Positions 23,982-37,542 are shown, counted from the stretch's first letter. The stretch: DNA of 64,000 nucleotides from Strigamia acuminata (GCA_949358305.1 OX442314.1:18538001-18602000); one strand, 5' to 3'. Made by a program: numbers and translations. The notes: generated by a model from the letters alone, not told the origin.

Positions 23982-26029
23982 ATGAGATTTATACCACTGG
24001 GTAAAGAAAGTCCAAAAGCAGCTGATTGTCACGTGTGGAGTGTAAAAAAATTTGGCTGCGGAGGTAATTTTGTTATGAATCGCAAGGACGTTTTCGAAAG
24101 AATGATTAAAGACCAGGTGACTACATAAACGCTCATTGCCTTTTCTACAATACTAAAATAAAATTTTTAAAGGGACAGACCTTTTGGTTTCGTTTCTGGT
24201 TAAATTTCACTTTGAATACAATTTTTCCTCTCTTTAATAAGGTATAAACGAGGTATACATACACATATAAGGTATAAATAATGGCTACACTTCCTTTTTT
24301 TAAGGTTCATTTCTGTACTAAAAAAGGTTCGGAGAATGAAATTTCCAGCCTTGCTATTGATGTGCACAAAAAGTTTCTGGAAGGTCAGCAATGTGAACGA
24401 GTAATAAACAATGAAATTAAATATTTTTACATTTCAGTGTCAGAAAAAGAGCGGATTCAGTTTAGCGTCGACATTGTTCAACTCCTATTAAAACCACGTA
24501 AGCGTTTCCGTTGGATTCGACCTTCCTCCAACGTATGCATCCCTCATTGCTTTAATCCTCTGCAGCTTCGATGAAAACAGACCTATTTGAGATGTGTATT
24601 CAATATTATACGATGGCATTTGCAACGGCTCTGTGTGACGTGTTTCATAAATGGTTATCAGCCCCAAAAATTCAACCAACCAATGAGACTTATTGGAAAA
24701 TTCCGAGCCAATTCCGTAACCCCGAATTCGTGCCCGGTACAGTCGAAAAATATATTGTCTTTGTGTGGAAGGACGAAGTTGCAGCACTTCTTGGCTTGCC
24801 GACTCAAGAGTTGCCTAAACTGATGAAACTGGGCATAGAGGTTTATTCCAACCCAGTTATACAAAAGATCCACGAAGCGTTTGAGAATGTTTTAGGCAAT
24901 GAAGTAACGCTGGACCCGCCGAAGTTAGCACAGTATAAACTTCGTGTTCAACAAAAAGTAGTTGAGCTTTCGAGACTTCTTCAAAATACGGATGAAAAAC
25001 CCAACCCGAATCAGAAATTTCGTCGTAAAAGAAAACAAGAACAATCCGAATCGATTAAAGTTTACAGACCTAAAAAGGTACGTCTATACTCTACTCTGGC
25101 ATACTATAAGAAAATAAAAAATTATTAATCTAATATATTTCTAATTCCAGAGTGTAGAGTATCCAAAAGTTGAAACCATTCAAAGGCCAGACAAAGTTGA
25201 AACAGTCCAAAGGCCAGAAAAAGTTGAAATAGCTCAAATACGACCATTTGACATTGAAACTATTCTGAACCAAATAAACGTCGAGACTCTTCTAAGACCG
25301 CAACTAATTAAACCTGTTCTCAAACATAAATTGATTGCACCTCTTCTGAAGCCGAAATTGATTGCACCTCTCCTGAAGCCAAAATTGCTTTCACCCGTTC
25401 TGAGACCAAAACTGCTAACACCTGTTCAGAGGCCAAAAACGCTTGTACCGGTTTTGAAACAAAAAAGGCCTGAAACTACTGAATCACGAACAATACCGAT
25501 ACGTTTTGATCCGCGGCAAAAATTATTCAAAACAGTGAATGAAAAAATTATGGAAATGTGTGTGAATCGTAAAAGTATTGAAATGCCTGTGAGTCAAAAA
25601 AGTATTGAAATGCCTGCGAGTCTAAAAAGTATTATAACGCCTTTAAATCAAAAAAGTATTATAACTCCTATAAATCAAAAAAATATTATAACGCCTGTAA
25701 ATCAAAAAAGTATTGAATCGACTGGGTCAATTGACGATATAATGGAGTCCGATTTAAATTATCGACTGGAGAAGTTAAAAACTTGGCTCGAAGATCGAAG
25801 TCCAAATCGAAATTGTACGTCTTGTAAACTAAGACCAACTGCAGGTCAAAACCAGACAAGTATCCCGAGAAGTACATCTCTTTCCATAAGGTCTAATTCG
25901 AATACTGATAATAAGGAAGTAAGAAAGTGTAGTACGTCTTACGAGAAACCTGTACCACTAGCAGCCATAGAATACAATAAAACGAAAACTGAACCTAATT
26001 GTACCGAATTAGGGAAAACTAAACTGTAA
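23982..26029 (+). CDS. Family member 2: divergent paralogue with a repetitive C-terminal region instead of a MYND finger (3' end uncertain)
   Basis: MRFIPL..FGCGGNFVMNR..MIKDQ|GQTFWFRFWLNF..|..MAFATALCDVFHKWL..YWKIP.. A long exon from 25151 carries 9-aa repeats (KLIAPLLKP, KSIEMPVSQ). Confidence 0.72.
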
Positions 26030-26515
26030 ATTTACCAACTCGAATTTACAATTTGTAATTTAAATTTATTTCTTCTCTCATTTTTTCCATAGATATCCAA
26101 ATATATCAATAAAAGTTGGAACGGTATTGCACTACTTCAATCAACATCCAACGCTAGACAGTCTTTTGATCATTTTTGCCACAATTTTACTCTTTTATGG
26201 TCGAGTTGTATTGAATACTGTATCAGAAAAATAAAAATAAATTGTTCTGTGATTTATGTATCAACTGATGTGTATTTGTGAGTTATTAAAACTGTTTGTT
26301 TCTGTTTCTATTGCTTTTTCTATTTCCATTAATTGAACTAGGGAAGCAGAGCCACCTTAAAACGCAACATAATACTAAAAAAAAAAATCCAAGACAAAAC
26401 TCAGGAATTGTTATTATACTGCCTGAATTTGTATTAACATTGCATAACGGGCTAAAGCTTGCTTTGAATTAATTTTTGCACCAAATAATTCCCGTCAACA
26501 CCATCTGTTTCTGTT

Positions 26516-28102
26516 ATGAAGTTTATTGATTTACGAAGAGACAACGGGAAAACTCCTTTTGATACGGTCTTAAACACCGGTTGTGGGCCTACCTTTGTTC
26601 TAAATCGAAAAAAGTATTTCTATTTTATGGTCAAAGGACAGGTAAATAGCGGAGAAATATTCAATTTTTCCTTTCCTCATTTTCAAACTAAATATTTCCT
26701 GTATTAACATTCAGAGTTTAGCATTTTGGTTCCGATTCTGGTTAACGTTCTGCCTGAATCCTGGATGCTCTTACTTAGATAATGTAAAAACAAGAATGGC
26801 GTGAACGGTGGTAGAAGTATGAAAATAAATTTATTAATTTTCAGGCATTTGAAGAATTTCCAGAACTGATGTTACACTTTTCTGAATACACGCACGAAAT
26901 TATATTACAAGGTATACCATTCACCAGCACGTAAACAGCATATAATCTGTCCATACTTTTATAGGAACAGACGACGAAATTTGCAACAAATGTTTTGATC
27001 TACTCATGAGAATGCTTCCCACACTTCTAAGTACGTGAACAAAAACGTAAACAACACACAACACTCGGTTCAATAAAATTTTAAAATTCTTATTCACAGC
27101 TCAAAATCCTATTTACAAAAAGAAATCCGTCGAATCAGTTTATAAGGTGAAGAATTCGATTAAATTAAATTAAATTGATATTAAATGCGATTTGTATTGG
27201 TCTAGGCTCAGATGTCAAGTTGTCTGGATATGGCGTTTGGTTGTGCTCTCTGTGAAGTGTTTTATAAATGGCTAAATTCCCAACGCGAAGACGAAGCTGG
27301 ATTCAATTTTTATTGGCAAATACCTGAAAAATATTTAAACCCTCAGTTCTTGCCGGGAATATTCGAACAATTTATTGTTAACCAATGGAAAGAGAATTTT
27401 GTACCTTTCCTTGGCGTAACTCCACAACAAGTTCCATGGGTAGAAGAATTACTTTCGCCACCAGGCTACGATATGATTATTCCTGACCTGAACCAGAGAT
27501 TTGAACTCTCGCCACCTCCCGAGAGTGATATAAATCTGTGGCTGAGAAAGCCGGCAGGTAGGACAAGGGTAAACCGAAGTTACAGCGATCGTTGGCACTA
27601 TTCTATAGAACTGAGGGCACTGTCCAAAAACATCAGAGAGTCACTTTGGTTGAAAAGAAATGCAATTTTGAGAATTGATGAAAAGCAAAAGTGTTCTATT
27701 TTGTTCCCCACGCGGTTCAAAATTAGTGTAACAGAAAGTAAAAACAGCAAAAGCAGCAAAAGCAGCAAAAGCAGGGTAAAATCGACAATTAAATTTGCAA
27801 ATTTTAATAAAACCAATAATTGTTTACATTTTTTTTTCTTTTTTAGATTTTCTCTTGTGATAGCACGGATAAAAGTACGGCGAGTAAACTAACTAATTCT
27901 ACACAGTCTGAACGAAGTCTGCAAGTAATTCCACACAACTTGTCCATTGAACTTGAAAGATGCTCTTACTGCAAATTACCAAGAAGAGAACCTGTGAGGT
28001 ATGTAAACTTAACAAACTATTGACAACCAAACTTTTTAATTCCTTTTTCCTTGCAGAAGAATAGTAAGCTATACAAACGACAACAATAATTATGAAATGT
28101 AA
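26516..28102 (+). CDS. Family member 3: N-terminal domain intact, zinc finger degenerate (3' exons uncertain)
   Basis: MKFIDL..GCGPTFVLNR..MVKGQ|SLAFWFRFWLTFCLNPGC..|..MAFGCALCEVFYKWL..FYWQIP..|..RCSYCK. I could not assemble an in-frame YYCxxxCQ/DW exon. Confidence 0.68.
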
Positions 28103-29170
28103 AAGTTTACTCATTTAATGAAAAACAACCTAACTCATTTACTTTTCATCATATTAGATGCCAGAGTGACTATTACGCGCCATTGTCGTTGTCAAGATAC
28201 GATAGGTATAAAAATTGACAAAACTGCCATCCTTCATTTTGTATTGAGAAATAAAATAAATATATAAAAAGTGTAAAAATAAATGACAATTATTTCCGAT
28301 TATGTTGTGAACTCCCTCAAGCATGGACGCAACAGAACCAACACCGATATCCGCAAACATTATAATTTTTAAATCTACGATACGAAAACTATTTCCGTTG
28401 TTTGGTTTTAAACTTTTTTGCAGGATCATCGACACATCGCTTTCGTTTCATTGCATGAAAACTTCCATAGTTTGTTTGCAAAATCTGTACTGATCGCGGC
28501 TCAAGGTGCCCAATTGGCACAGCTTGACTCGGCAGAATGGTTTCTTGGACCGAAGATGTTGGCAGTAATTGACCATCTTGTTGAACTTGAATTGAAGTTT
28601 GAATTTGTATTTGTATTATGGTTCCAATTCCAGACTCAGTTGATCTAGCTGCAGCTTGAATTTGTTCCATACTTTAAATTTTTTAGTTGAAAACAGCAAT
28701 TAGATGCGATTACAATAGGTTTGATCAAATGGGACTAAAGATCGAATTATTGCTGATCACATCAAAGGGAAGTGTCTTATACACTGCCATTCCAAAGTGT
28801 CACGAAACTTCGACGTCCACCTTCGTGGGAACAGTGTGTACGGACTATGTACGATAAAAAGTTAAAAACACGATAAAAACATAATACCGTACTAATTTTT
28901 AATGATATATCGAAATAAAATGCTGCAAAACCGAGAATTTTATTTTTAAAAGGTCCCCAAAAATGTTGAAAATGGAAAAGTTTTATCATTACTATGGAAA
29001 TAATTTTAACAATTGCTTATCCTTAGAACTCTGGGTAATATCACAGATTAATTTGAAATTCTGCAGGTATACTGTATCGCGAATATCACGCTTCGGATTC
29101 TATCTGTTTACAAAATTTTAGTGAGAGCTTTAGTACAATTCATCGCTGCTGTAATTAACTCGTATGCACC

Positions 29171-31032
29171 ATGAAATTTGTCCGTCTGCAAAGCGAAAAC
29201 AAAAAATCTCCGTATGCTACGATATCGGAGCACGGCTACGGGCCTAATTATGTTCTTAACCGGGTTCAAGATTTCAAAATAATGATAAGCGATCAGGTAG
29301 AAGTACACAAACACCTAGCCCATATTTACCTAATACTATACCGCATTTTGTAGGATTTGACTTTTTGGTTCAGGTTTTGGTTGCTGTTTTGTTTTGATCC
29401 AGGATTTGAACAACTACAATTGGTATTAATATATTAAATGATATAAAAACAAGATAACTTCATTACTCTTAATACACTTAGATCCAGGACCATTGGCCTA
29501 GAACTGCGCTGCAATGCCAAATAGTTGTGCACGATAAGTTTTTACTTGGTAAACCTTACCTAATAAAACCCAAACCCTTCTAAATAATTCATTTCCACTT
29601 TTAATTTAGGTTCAGTCAGTGAAGCGTGTGATTTTTGTTTAAATGCCGTTAGATTGTTACACTCTCCACACACAAGTAAACCTTAATACCAGAAATAAAA
29701 TTTTCTTTACAATTGTGCAACTTTTTAATGTACAGAGAAGACGAAGATAAAATCCGAAAGAAGAGCATTTAATCAACTCGTAAATATTTTCTAGTAGTAA
29801 ACGTAGTAAATAAATATTCATTTCTAATTTTAGTTGCAAGAATGTACAGAGATGGCCTTTGGTGCCGCCTTGTGCAATATTTTTGTACTGTGGCTGAATA
29901 CCGACAAGACTTATGCAAAGTGTGATACGTATTGGACCATTCCCCAGCACTATCTGTGTTCAAATTTTATTCCGGGGGAATTAGAAGTGTATCTAACTAC
30001 GCAGTGGCAGGATAATTTGGTGTCACTTCTTGGTGTTAACTTGAACCGTGTCGTGTGGATTAAAAAGATTTTACACCAATTTAAAAGACACTTGGCCGTG
30101 GCAAATATGGTTGAAAATGATCGACACACTGATTACACAAGATGGAGTCGAAAACTCATATCGGCTATGAACATGAACAGACTTGGAATAAAAAAAATTG
30201 AAGACGTACCGGAGAAGGATATTGATAAAAACTTGGTAATAAAAACAAAAAAAACTTGTCAAGCCCATGGACGGCAAAGCAAAACATTGGGGCTTTCAAT
30301 AGGGCATTGGCGCCCATGGGATTGTAGGCGTGTGATTAAATATTTAATAATTTCACATAAAAATAATCTTTCAAGTTGAAAAAATTTAAAAGAACTGGTT
30401 TTACGGAGAACAAAGTACGTCCTGTCAAAAGTAATTTAAAATTCAAAAGGCTACGCCACTGGCAGAAGTGTTCCCACTGTTATGCTAGCGAGAGTGTGGA
30501 AAAGAAATTCAAAAAGTGTAAACAGTAAGTCGCATAACACAAACTTATTGTGTCGTATGTCATCTTCAATAAAATTTCAGGTGCGTGGAAGAGCGGTGGC
30601 CTAACCCAAAGTATTACTGCTGTCGTTCGTGCCAAAGTATAAATACTATATAGTAATTACTGTATAACTTGTAGAAAAACTTGGAAATATATATGCTCAC
30701 CACAGTGCATCACGTGAATTTCGACAAGTTAAACATTGTACATGAAACACACTCTTTGAAGAGTTGGTGCAGTTTTGACATCAACTTGGCGTTACTTACA
30801 AACCGCAAGTTCTAGGTGTCTAAAAGTTTCTATTTAGTTACAAAACCACATGAAAAACCCAATAGTTTTTCTAGAAGTTAATCAGATGTACTGTACGAAC
30901 AAATATTTGATAAAAAAGGGACAAATTTTACTTTCAGTTGAGGATTGGTATTATTGCCATGAAAAAGAGCATAGAAGTTTCTCTAAAAATATATTCAGCG
31001 ACAGCGAAGACGATACAAAGCGGTTGATTTAA
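29171..31032 (+). CDS. Family member 4: 9-exon gene with MYND-like finger
   Basis: MKFVRL..GYGPNYVLNR|DLTFWFRFWLLFC|IQDHWP..|GSVSEACDFCL..|..|LQECTEMAFGAALC..|..KCSHC..KKCKQ|CVEERWPNPKYYCCRSCQ|IEDWYYCHEKEH; same intron phases as member 1. Confidence 0.85.
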
Positions 31033-31476
31033 TTTAGAATTTGTAATATTTTTATAAATTCATATCTTTGGATTGTATTTTTATAGTCAGTTCATTCAGT
31101 GATGTCTAAATCTGTCTTATTGTATTAAAATGTGATTTATTTTGCTCGCTTTCAATACACAAAAAAATTGTCGTTGTCAACTAATTTTTTTTTTTATTTA
31201 AATAAAAAGTTCAAAAACACCCACACGTACAGCAATGCATTTTTAAAAATCTGTCAGCAGGTGGGACTGAATCTGCACATGCTCACACTGCTCTTTGTAA
31301 GCACAAGAATATCTTCACATTTTGAATATATTTAGGCCATTACTAAATTTCCAGTTCTTATAATCTCATACAAGAAACTCAAACACCATAAATTTGTAAG
31401 TACCGTATTCACAATTTCTTTGTGGTCAAATGTTTATGTAAAATATTAAAACCTGAACAATTAGGTGATTTTAACC

Positions 31477-32627
31477 ATGAAATTCATTAATCTAAGTTCG
31501 GAAAAACAAAAAACTCCATTCAGAACAATATTGGAATATGGTTGTGGTCCTAACTATATTCTTAATCGTAAGCAAGATTTCCGCTTAATGGTCGAAGATC
31601 AAGTACGGAAAATAAGAACAAACATCTAAATGCAATATTAATTCATTCATTTTTACATTCTAAGGGGAAAATCTTCTGGTTTCGATTTTGGTTAACGTTT
31701 TGTTTACACCCGGAAGACCTTGAAATAACTGAAATGGTAAATCGATTAGCATTTTTTTTAAAACAACATTAAAACTTGTATTTGTTATCGAAACAGATCA
31801 ATGACTGTATGCCAGGAGTACTAGAGATTGTTAATGAAATAATTGGTGAAAAGTTTGTGGAAGGTATATAAAAATATTGCCGCAGTTGTCCTTCATTATG
31901 TAATTACCATAAACCTTTCTTTCAGCTATGGTTCAAGAAGCTTGTGACTATGCGTTCGAAAAAATCATATCACCCATGATCCCATGCGAGCAACCGAATG
32001 GTTTGTTTATTATACCGCAATTTTGTTGCAAAAAATGACTAAGAAATGATCGGACCCAAATTCCATGTTCTTGTAATTTTGTTTATAGATTTGCAGGTGA
32101 CCAAAAACGTAAAACCGCCAGTCTGCAAATGTTCTACAAGAAAAATCATCGATGTTATGGAGAAATGTGGTTTCTTAGCATTTGGTTGTGCTCTTTGTCA
32201 GGTCTTTTACAAATGGTCAATTGGAAAAGATGCAGATGTCAGAACTGATGGCAATTACTGGACTATACCGGCTCAGTATCTACAACCCAAATTCAAGCCA
32301 GGGCCATTGGAAATATATATGGCTTATACGTGGCATTATCAATTACCGTCTTTGCTAGGAGTGAGCTTAAAAGATCTTCCGTGGTTGAAAAAACTATTAC
32401 ACATGCAGAAAAGGGGAAGACTTAAGTTTACAAGTTGTGAGGACAAAGAGTGTTTCGACACAAGTCTCTATAAACGAACTGCTGCAGATTGGGAAGAAGA
32501 TATGACATTGCTTAAGAATAATATTGTTAGTATCGACGAAAAAGTCAAATTCACAACGCCAAAGCAAGCACGGGGGATAAAAACACACAAAGTAAGAAAA
32601 TAATCATTGATATTGGTATCATCTGGA

Positions 32628-32658
<31 letters not shown>

Positions 32659-33352
32659 ATATTAATTTATCAGAGAAGAAGATTCAAAATAAATAATAAT
32701 ATAACCAACCAATTCATTCTCGAACTACCGATTGAAAACAGCTTGAGTCCAGTTGAGAATGATCCGAATGAAATGGATGTCGAGTCAATTCAAAATGGCA
32801 TGATTAATGTTGCACCAACAATCACGTACGACATTTTGTCGGAAAGGTATCCACCAGAAGTCAATCGTGAGAACAATCGTGAGAACAATATAGTAAAATG
32901 GAAAAAAGAAAAATGTCGTGTCACTTCGAATTCAACTAAAACACTACGGCACTGTGCGTATTGTCTGAAGAAAGAAACGGATCGCAAGCAATTCAAGAAA
33001 TGTGCACTGTATGAATCATCAATTTTAAGCAACTAAATTCATGTGTAATAGTTTGTTCCCATTGCAGATGCGTTAAAGAAAAAGTAAAGTCGCCCAATTA
33101 TTACTGCAGTATTGTCTGTCAAAGTAAGAAAGAAAAATCCTTAACGAATCGTACAAACTAATGCATTCTACTATTACAGCCCAAGATTGGTTTAGAAGAC
33201 ACGACGTTGAGCATCAAAAAAATTGTGGTCAAATAAAGCCACTCATTGGCATGTTTAGTCAGTGTATTTACACATGTTCGTATTCCTTACAGGTATTACA
33301 GATTACACTAACATTAATAGAAAAGAGGAAACCTGTTTGTTCAGGTCAATAA
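31477..33352 (+). CDS. Family member 5: gene with MYND-like finger (exons 5 and 6 fused)
   Basis: MKFINL..GCGPNYILNR..MVEDQ|GKIFWFRFWLTFC..|..LAFGCALCQVFYKW..NYWTIP..|..RHCAYC..KKCAL|CVKEKVKSPNYYCSIVCQ|TQDWFRRHDVEH; exact stop uncertain. Confidence 0.82.
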
Positions 33353-34848
33353 ATCCCATTGAAAGCTTCAATGAGCAAATCAAGAAGGCCAGATGTTCAA
33401 TCTAAGAGCAATATAAATCAACTTGATTAGTTTTCTGTTAATTAATATTTTAATTGTGCTATGTTTTTACGGTATGACAACTTAAGAGTTTGTTATCACC
33501 TTTACATTAAAATCCATGCGCTAGCAAGAAAAGAAAAGATTCAATGGTTTTGCTTTTAATTCAATATTAATGATCCTTTGACGTAAAATAAAACTAGAAA
33601 ATAATAAATAATTATTTTATATTTTTTAAAAAATAAAAATTTACCATGTGCGCTCCGTTAAATTTAATTACATTAAATCAGACAATCAACATGAAGCAAA
33701 CAAGTTATCCAAAATGAAGCCAGATGGTTTAGATAACAAAGATTAATATGATTTGTTTCTGATTTATTTTCTCTAAATTGCTTTTTAAGTAGTGTAACGT
33801 TTAACAGAATTAGCAAATTTTGAGTACAATCATCGCCTCTCCGTTGGTTACGAGAAAGAATAATAATTGCTCATCACAAAATATGCAACTTCTCCACTAT
33901 CCATCCACCCATATGGCTAAAAAAAAATTAATTGGGCAATGTAAAAATATATTGTAAATATATCTTTTAATCGTACGAGCAACAACGTTGTGAGAGTGGA
34001 CGGGAATGCCCAAACAGCGCTGGACACTCGACACGTGTAGATAAGAGACACACAAGAGACTGTATTCGAGGCAACGGAAACTGCTTGCGTCCAAAAAATC
34101 TTGACGTTGACGCCAATTCCTGCTTCAACTCCAAGTTGAAGTAAGCGACGCAACGCAAGGAAAGGTCTTGTGGCCAACCAATCAAGATCGACTCTAACTC
34201 TCGTCGATTCACGTCTGGTTGGCGAGACTTTGCCACACGCAAACAGGCCGCCATTTTGGGATTTTGGAACTACCAGTAGTTCTGGAACTAAATCCAATTC
34301 CAGGTTACATTAAAACCATCTGATTTGCCAGACGTGCCCTACAGTGTGAACAGACTCTGCATTGCGTTTTTCCTTGCGTTGCGTTGCGTCTAGTGTGAAC
34401 ACAAGTGTGAACCAAGCTTTACATACACCAAAAAATCTACGAAGATAGACAGATGTCATCTGGACCCTGATAGTGCCGGACGCACGACATCTGTTATAGA
34501 TAATGGCACTTAAAACTGGATTTATGACAGTTTATTCAGTTGTCTAGGGGTCAATGCCTCATGGTCATGCCTTTTCCCAATGCTTTCGCTTTTCTACTCC
34601 ATTCTTGCACGATTCTGCTTCTACCTTCCCATTGGTTGCTGAAAGTGATTTATGGAACCAGCAACTCCGCCCAGGTGGGTGGAGTTGCACTTAGTGGTAA
34701 ACGGTTACAAATCTAACATCTTTGCCACAATCATTCAGCGACTCAGTGCGCAGAACCAGCGACGAAAACACTATACAGTTCGACTTCGAGCCACAACATT
34801 GAATTTTAAGATTCATCTACACTACTTTTTAATTTAAATCTGTGAAAA

Positions 34849-37542
34849 ATGAAGACAGCCTACATACTGTGCCTTTGTTATTCCATTTTTAACATTACAT
34901 GCATGTCTACCTTACCGTGTTCCGAAATCTTCTGTGCATCTCGGAACCATGCCTGCATTTCACTTGACGAAAAATGTTCCTGCAACCAACAGAAATTGTA
35001 CTGTCCCACTCTCAATCAAAACGCTTTCCATCTGTGCCACGATAAATACGACCACAGTTTTGCTTTAAACGGACAAGTCGGTTTCAACACAACACTGCTA
35101 GATGCATTCCACCTATGGACTCCTTACATCGCATCATTAACGGTTCCAAATGTGAATTTTAACCATTTTTGTGATCACACAAAGCCCTTAAAGAATTTTC
35201 CGTATGATTCGACCATTCCTCAGACAGATATGGTCGTTCTTGATTTTAATATTTTCCCGATCATACCGTCTGTCAGAGTGCTGGGATTGACTTTCGATTG
35301 CCTCCAAGAAATCAATGGTGATGTAAGTTCAAAGCTTCCAAACTTACAAACCGTTAATTTGACAGGAAATTACTTCTCTCAAATCCCTTCTGCCATTCAA
35401 AAATTAACCAATTTGAGAAAACTGTTCCTAAATGGAAATTATATTGAATCGTTACAACCCGATACACTCCACGCCCTACATCGACTGAATGTGTTAAATC
35501 TACGCTATAATCGTTTGGCTTTTTTACCGAGGACATTGTTACATAAGAGTAACTTCCTGACAGCTCTGGACTTATCGTATAATAATTTGGAAGTAATACC
35601 CGTCGACTTCTTCGAAAAGAATTCCTTTCTCTCTGTTTTAAACTTACAAAACAACAAATTAAAATCGTTAAGTGACGGGACTTTCTATGGTCTGGAAAAA
35701 CTAAAAGAGATAAACTTAAATTACAATCAATTGACATCATTGCCACCGGATTTATTCAAACGGTCATCTGACATTGAACAACTGAGTTTAAACAACAACA
35801 AGTTCACACGGATACCGATCATATCTTTCCGAAGAAACAAACCTGGAAGTATACAGTTAAAACGTAACAAAATTTCGCTGTTGGATTTACCCGTAACGAG
35901 TCGTATAAAACACGCCAACGTACTAGATCTCTCATTCAACTGCATTGAGAAAACACAATTCGACGAGTCTTCCGAGGGCATAATTCTGCATTTTAAATGT
36001 AAAAATTGCTGCCTTGGAGACGACATTTTCCCACTAATTTTGACCGACATATGGAAAGAGTTAGAAATACCGGATAATAAGTTAACAAAACTAAATGTGA
36101 CTCTTGTAACAATATTCAAGAGTGAAACTCTCACTCATCTGGATGTTGGGAATAATACGATCACCGAGATATTATTTGATGGTGAGTTTGAGCCGAATCA
36201 AAGGGCAATCGGGTATCCGACGATGATCGAAATGTGGCTTAATCCTATTGCTTGCAATTGCAAGTTAATTGCATTTTTCAACAATTATTTGCGTAATTCA
36301 GCTACATTTTATGTAAATTTCGACACAGAATTCATGCTTTGCAAAACACCTAACGAGTGGAAAGGAAAACGGGTCGAAGAATTGGACTGGACGACTCTAT
36401 CTTGCAACTTGACTGATAATTGCCCAACTCCGTGTTTATGTTCACAGAAAAATGACAAAGACGTGATTGTGGTGAATTGCAGCCACGCTGAGCTAACAGA
36501 ATTTCCAATGTATTTTAGCAATGCTTCAAGCGGCATAATATTTCACCTGGAATATAATAATATTACTTCTTTGCCTCCGAAAAATTCTTCAATTTGGCCG
36601 ACAATACAAGAATTAAATCTTAGTTACAACAAAATCCAGTCCACAGCGAATCTTACAGTCACTCACAAATTAATTCGTATTGAATTGAACAATAATCTTC
36701 TGACTCGTTTCGAACAGCCCGTACAAGATCTATTCACAATGGATAACATTTCGAGAACTGTGACTCTTTCCGGAAACCTTTGGCTGTGCAGTTGTGAGCT
36801 GACTCCCCAAATAAGAAACATCTTCATTAAAAGTCCAAATAGTTTGTTGGATCTGGATAAAATGGAATGCACATTTAGAGATACGCTACATGGTTTTAAC
36901 GATCTTGATCAATTTTGCCCACAAGATTTGTCGGCAGTAGACCTGGCATTGAGAGGGAGATTGCCCATCTATGCCTTCATTACAATATTAATTAGTGTTA
37001 TTAGTGTTATGAGTGCCATTTTTGTTCGCCTTAGATTGAAAATCCAATATTTCTTCTTTTCTAAAGGATGGTGTTTACGTTTTGTGAGTGAAGACGATGT
37101 TGACGCTGATAAAAAGTTCGATGCTTTTGTTTCTTACAGCAGTGAAGACGGTGATTGGGTGCGAGATGTTCTTGTGCAGAATTTGGAGCAAGTGACCCCA
37201 TCTTACAAGCTTTGTATTCCCGAACGAGACTGGCCTGGCGGCGAGCTAATAGTGGAACAAATGGGTCGTTCCATTAAAGAAAGTAGACGCATAATCATAG
37301 TTCTAACGAAGAATTTTTTGACGAGTGAATGCAGTTTACTGGAGTTTACTAATGCTTATCAACAATCGGTACAAGATGGAATCAGAAGAGTGATTATTGT
37401 CATTCCTGACGAAATACCGACTTTAGAAAATGCACCCGAAGAATTACGAGCATTTCTTACAACTACTACTTACATCGAGGCCAAAAAACCACACTTCATA
37501 AGAAAACTTCGGTGTTCAATGCCAAGAATACGAACTGAATAA
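34849..37542 (+). CDS. Toll-like receptor A (multiple-cysteine-cluster type), intronless, 897 aa
   Basis: Signal peptide, Cys-rich cap, LRRs, LRRCT (NPIACNC), second LRRNT (CPTPCLC..VVNCS), LRRs, GNLWLCSC, TM helix, TIR (FDAFVSYS..ERDWPGG). Confidence 0.95.
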   Translation: MKTAYILCLCYSIFNITCMSTLPCSEIFCASRNHACISLDEKCSCNQQKLYCPTLNQNAFHLCHDKYDHSFALNGQVGFNTTLLDAFHLWTPYIASLTVPNVNFNHFCDHTKPLKNFPYDSTIPQTDMVVLDFNIFPIIPSVRVLGLTFDCLQEINGDVSSKLPNLQTVNLTGNYFSQIPSAIQKLTNLRKLFLNGNYIESLQPDTLHALHRLNVLNLRYNRLAFLPRTLLHKSNFLTALDLSYNNLEVIPVDFFEKNSFLSVLNLQNNKLKSLSDGTFYGLEKLKEINLNYNQLTSLPPDLFKRSSDIEQLSLNNNKFTRIPIISFRRNKPGSIQLKRNKISLLDLPVTSRIKHANVLDLSFNCIEKTQFDESSEGIILHFKCKNCCLGDDIFPLILTDIWKELEIPDNKLTKLNVTLVTIFKSETLTHLDVGNNTITEILFDGEFEPNQRAIGYPTMIEMWLNPIACNCKLIAFFNNYLRNSATFYVNFDTEFMLCKTPNEWKGKRVEELDWTTLSCNLTDNCPTPCLCSQKNDKDVIVVNCSHAELTEFPMYFSNASSGIIFHLEYNNITSLPPKNSSIWPTIQELNLSYNKIQSTANLTVTHKLIRIELNNNLLTRFEQPVQDLFTMDNISRTVTLSGNLWLCSCELTPQIRNIFIKSPNSLLDLDKMECTFRDTLHGFNDLDQFCPQDLSAVDLALRGRLPIYAFITILISVISVMSAIFVRLRLKIQYFFFSKGWCLRFVSEDDVDADKKFDAFVSYSSEDGDWVRDVLVQNLEQVTPSYKLCIPERDWPGGELIVEQMGRSIKESRRIIIVLTKNFLTSECSLLEFTNAYQQSVQDGIRRVIIVIPDEIPTLENAPEELRAFLTTTTYIEAKKPHFIRKLRCSMPRIRTE

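Noticed and set aside
28389..28670. Gln-rich 93-aa minus-strand ORF
   Set aside because: Low complexity, with no supporting exon structure or paralogue.
33990..34415. Harbinger-like non-autonomous element with short ORFs upstream of TLR-A
   Set aside because: Ends and TSD could not be defined, and the ORFs have no recognisable product.
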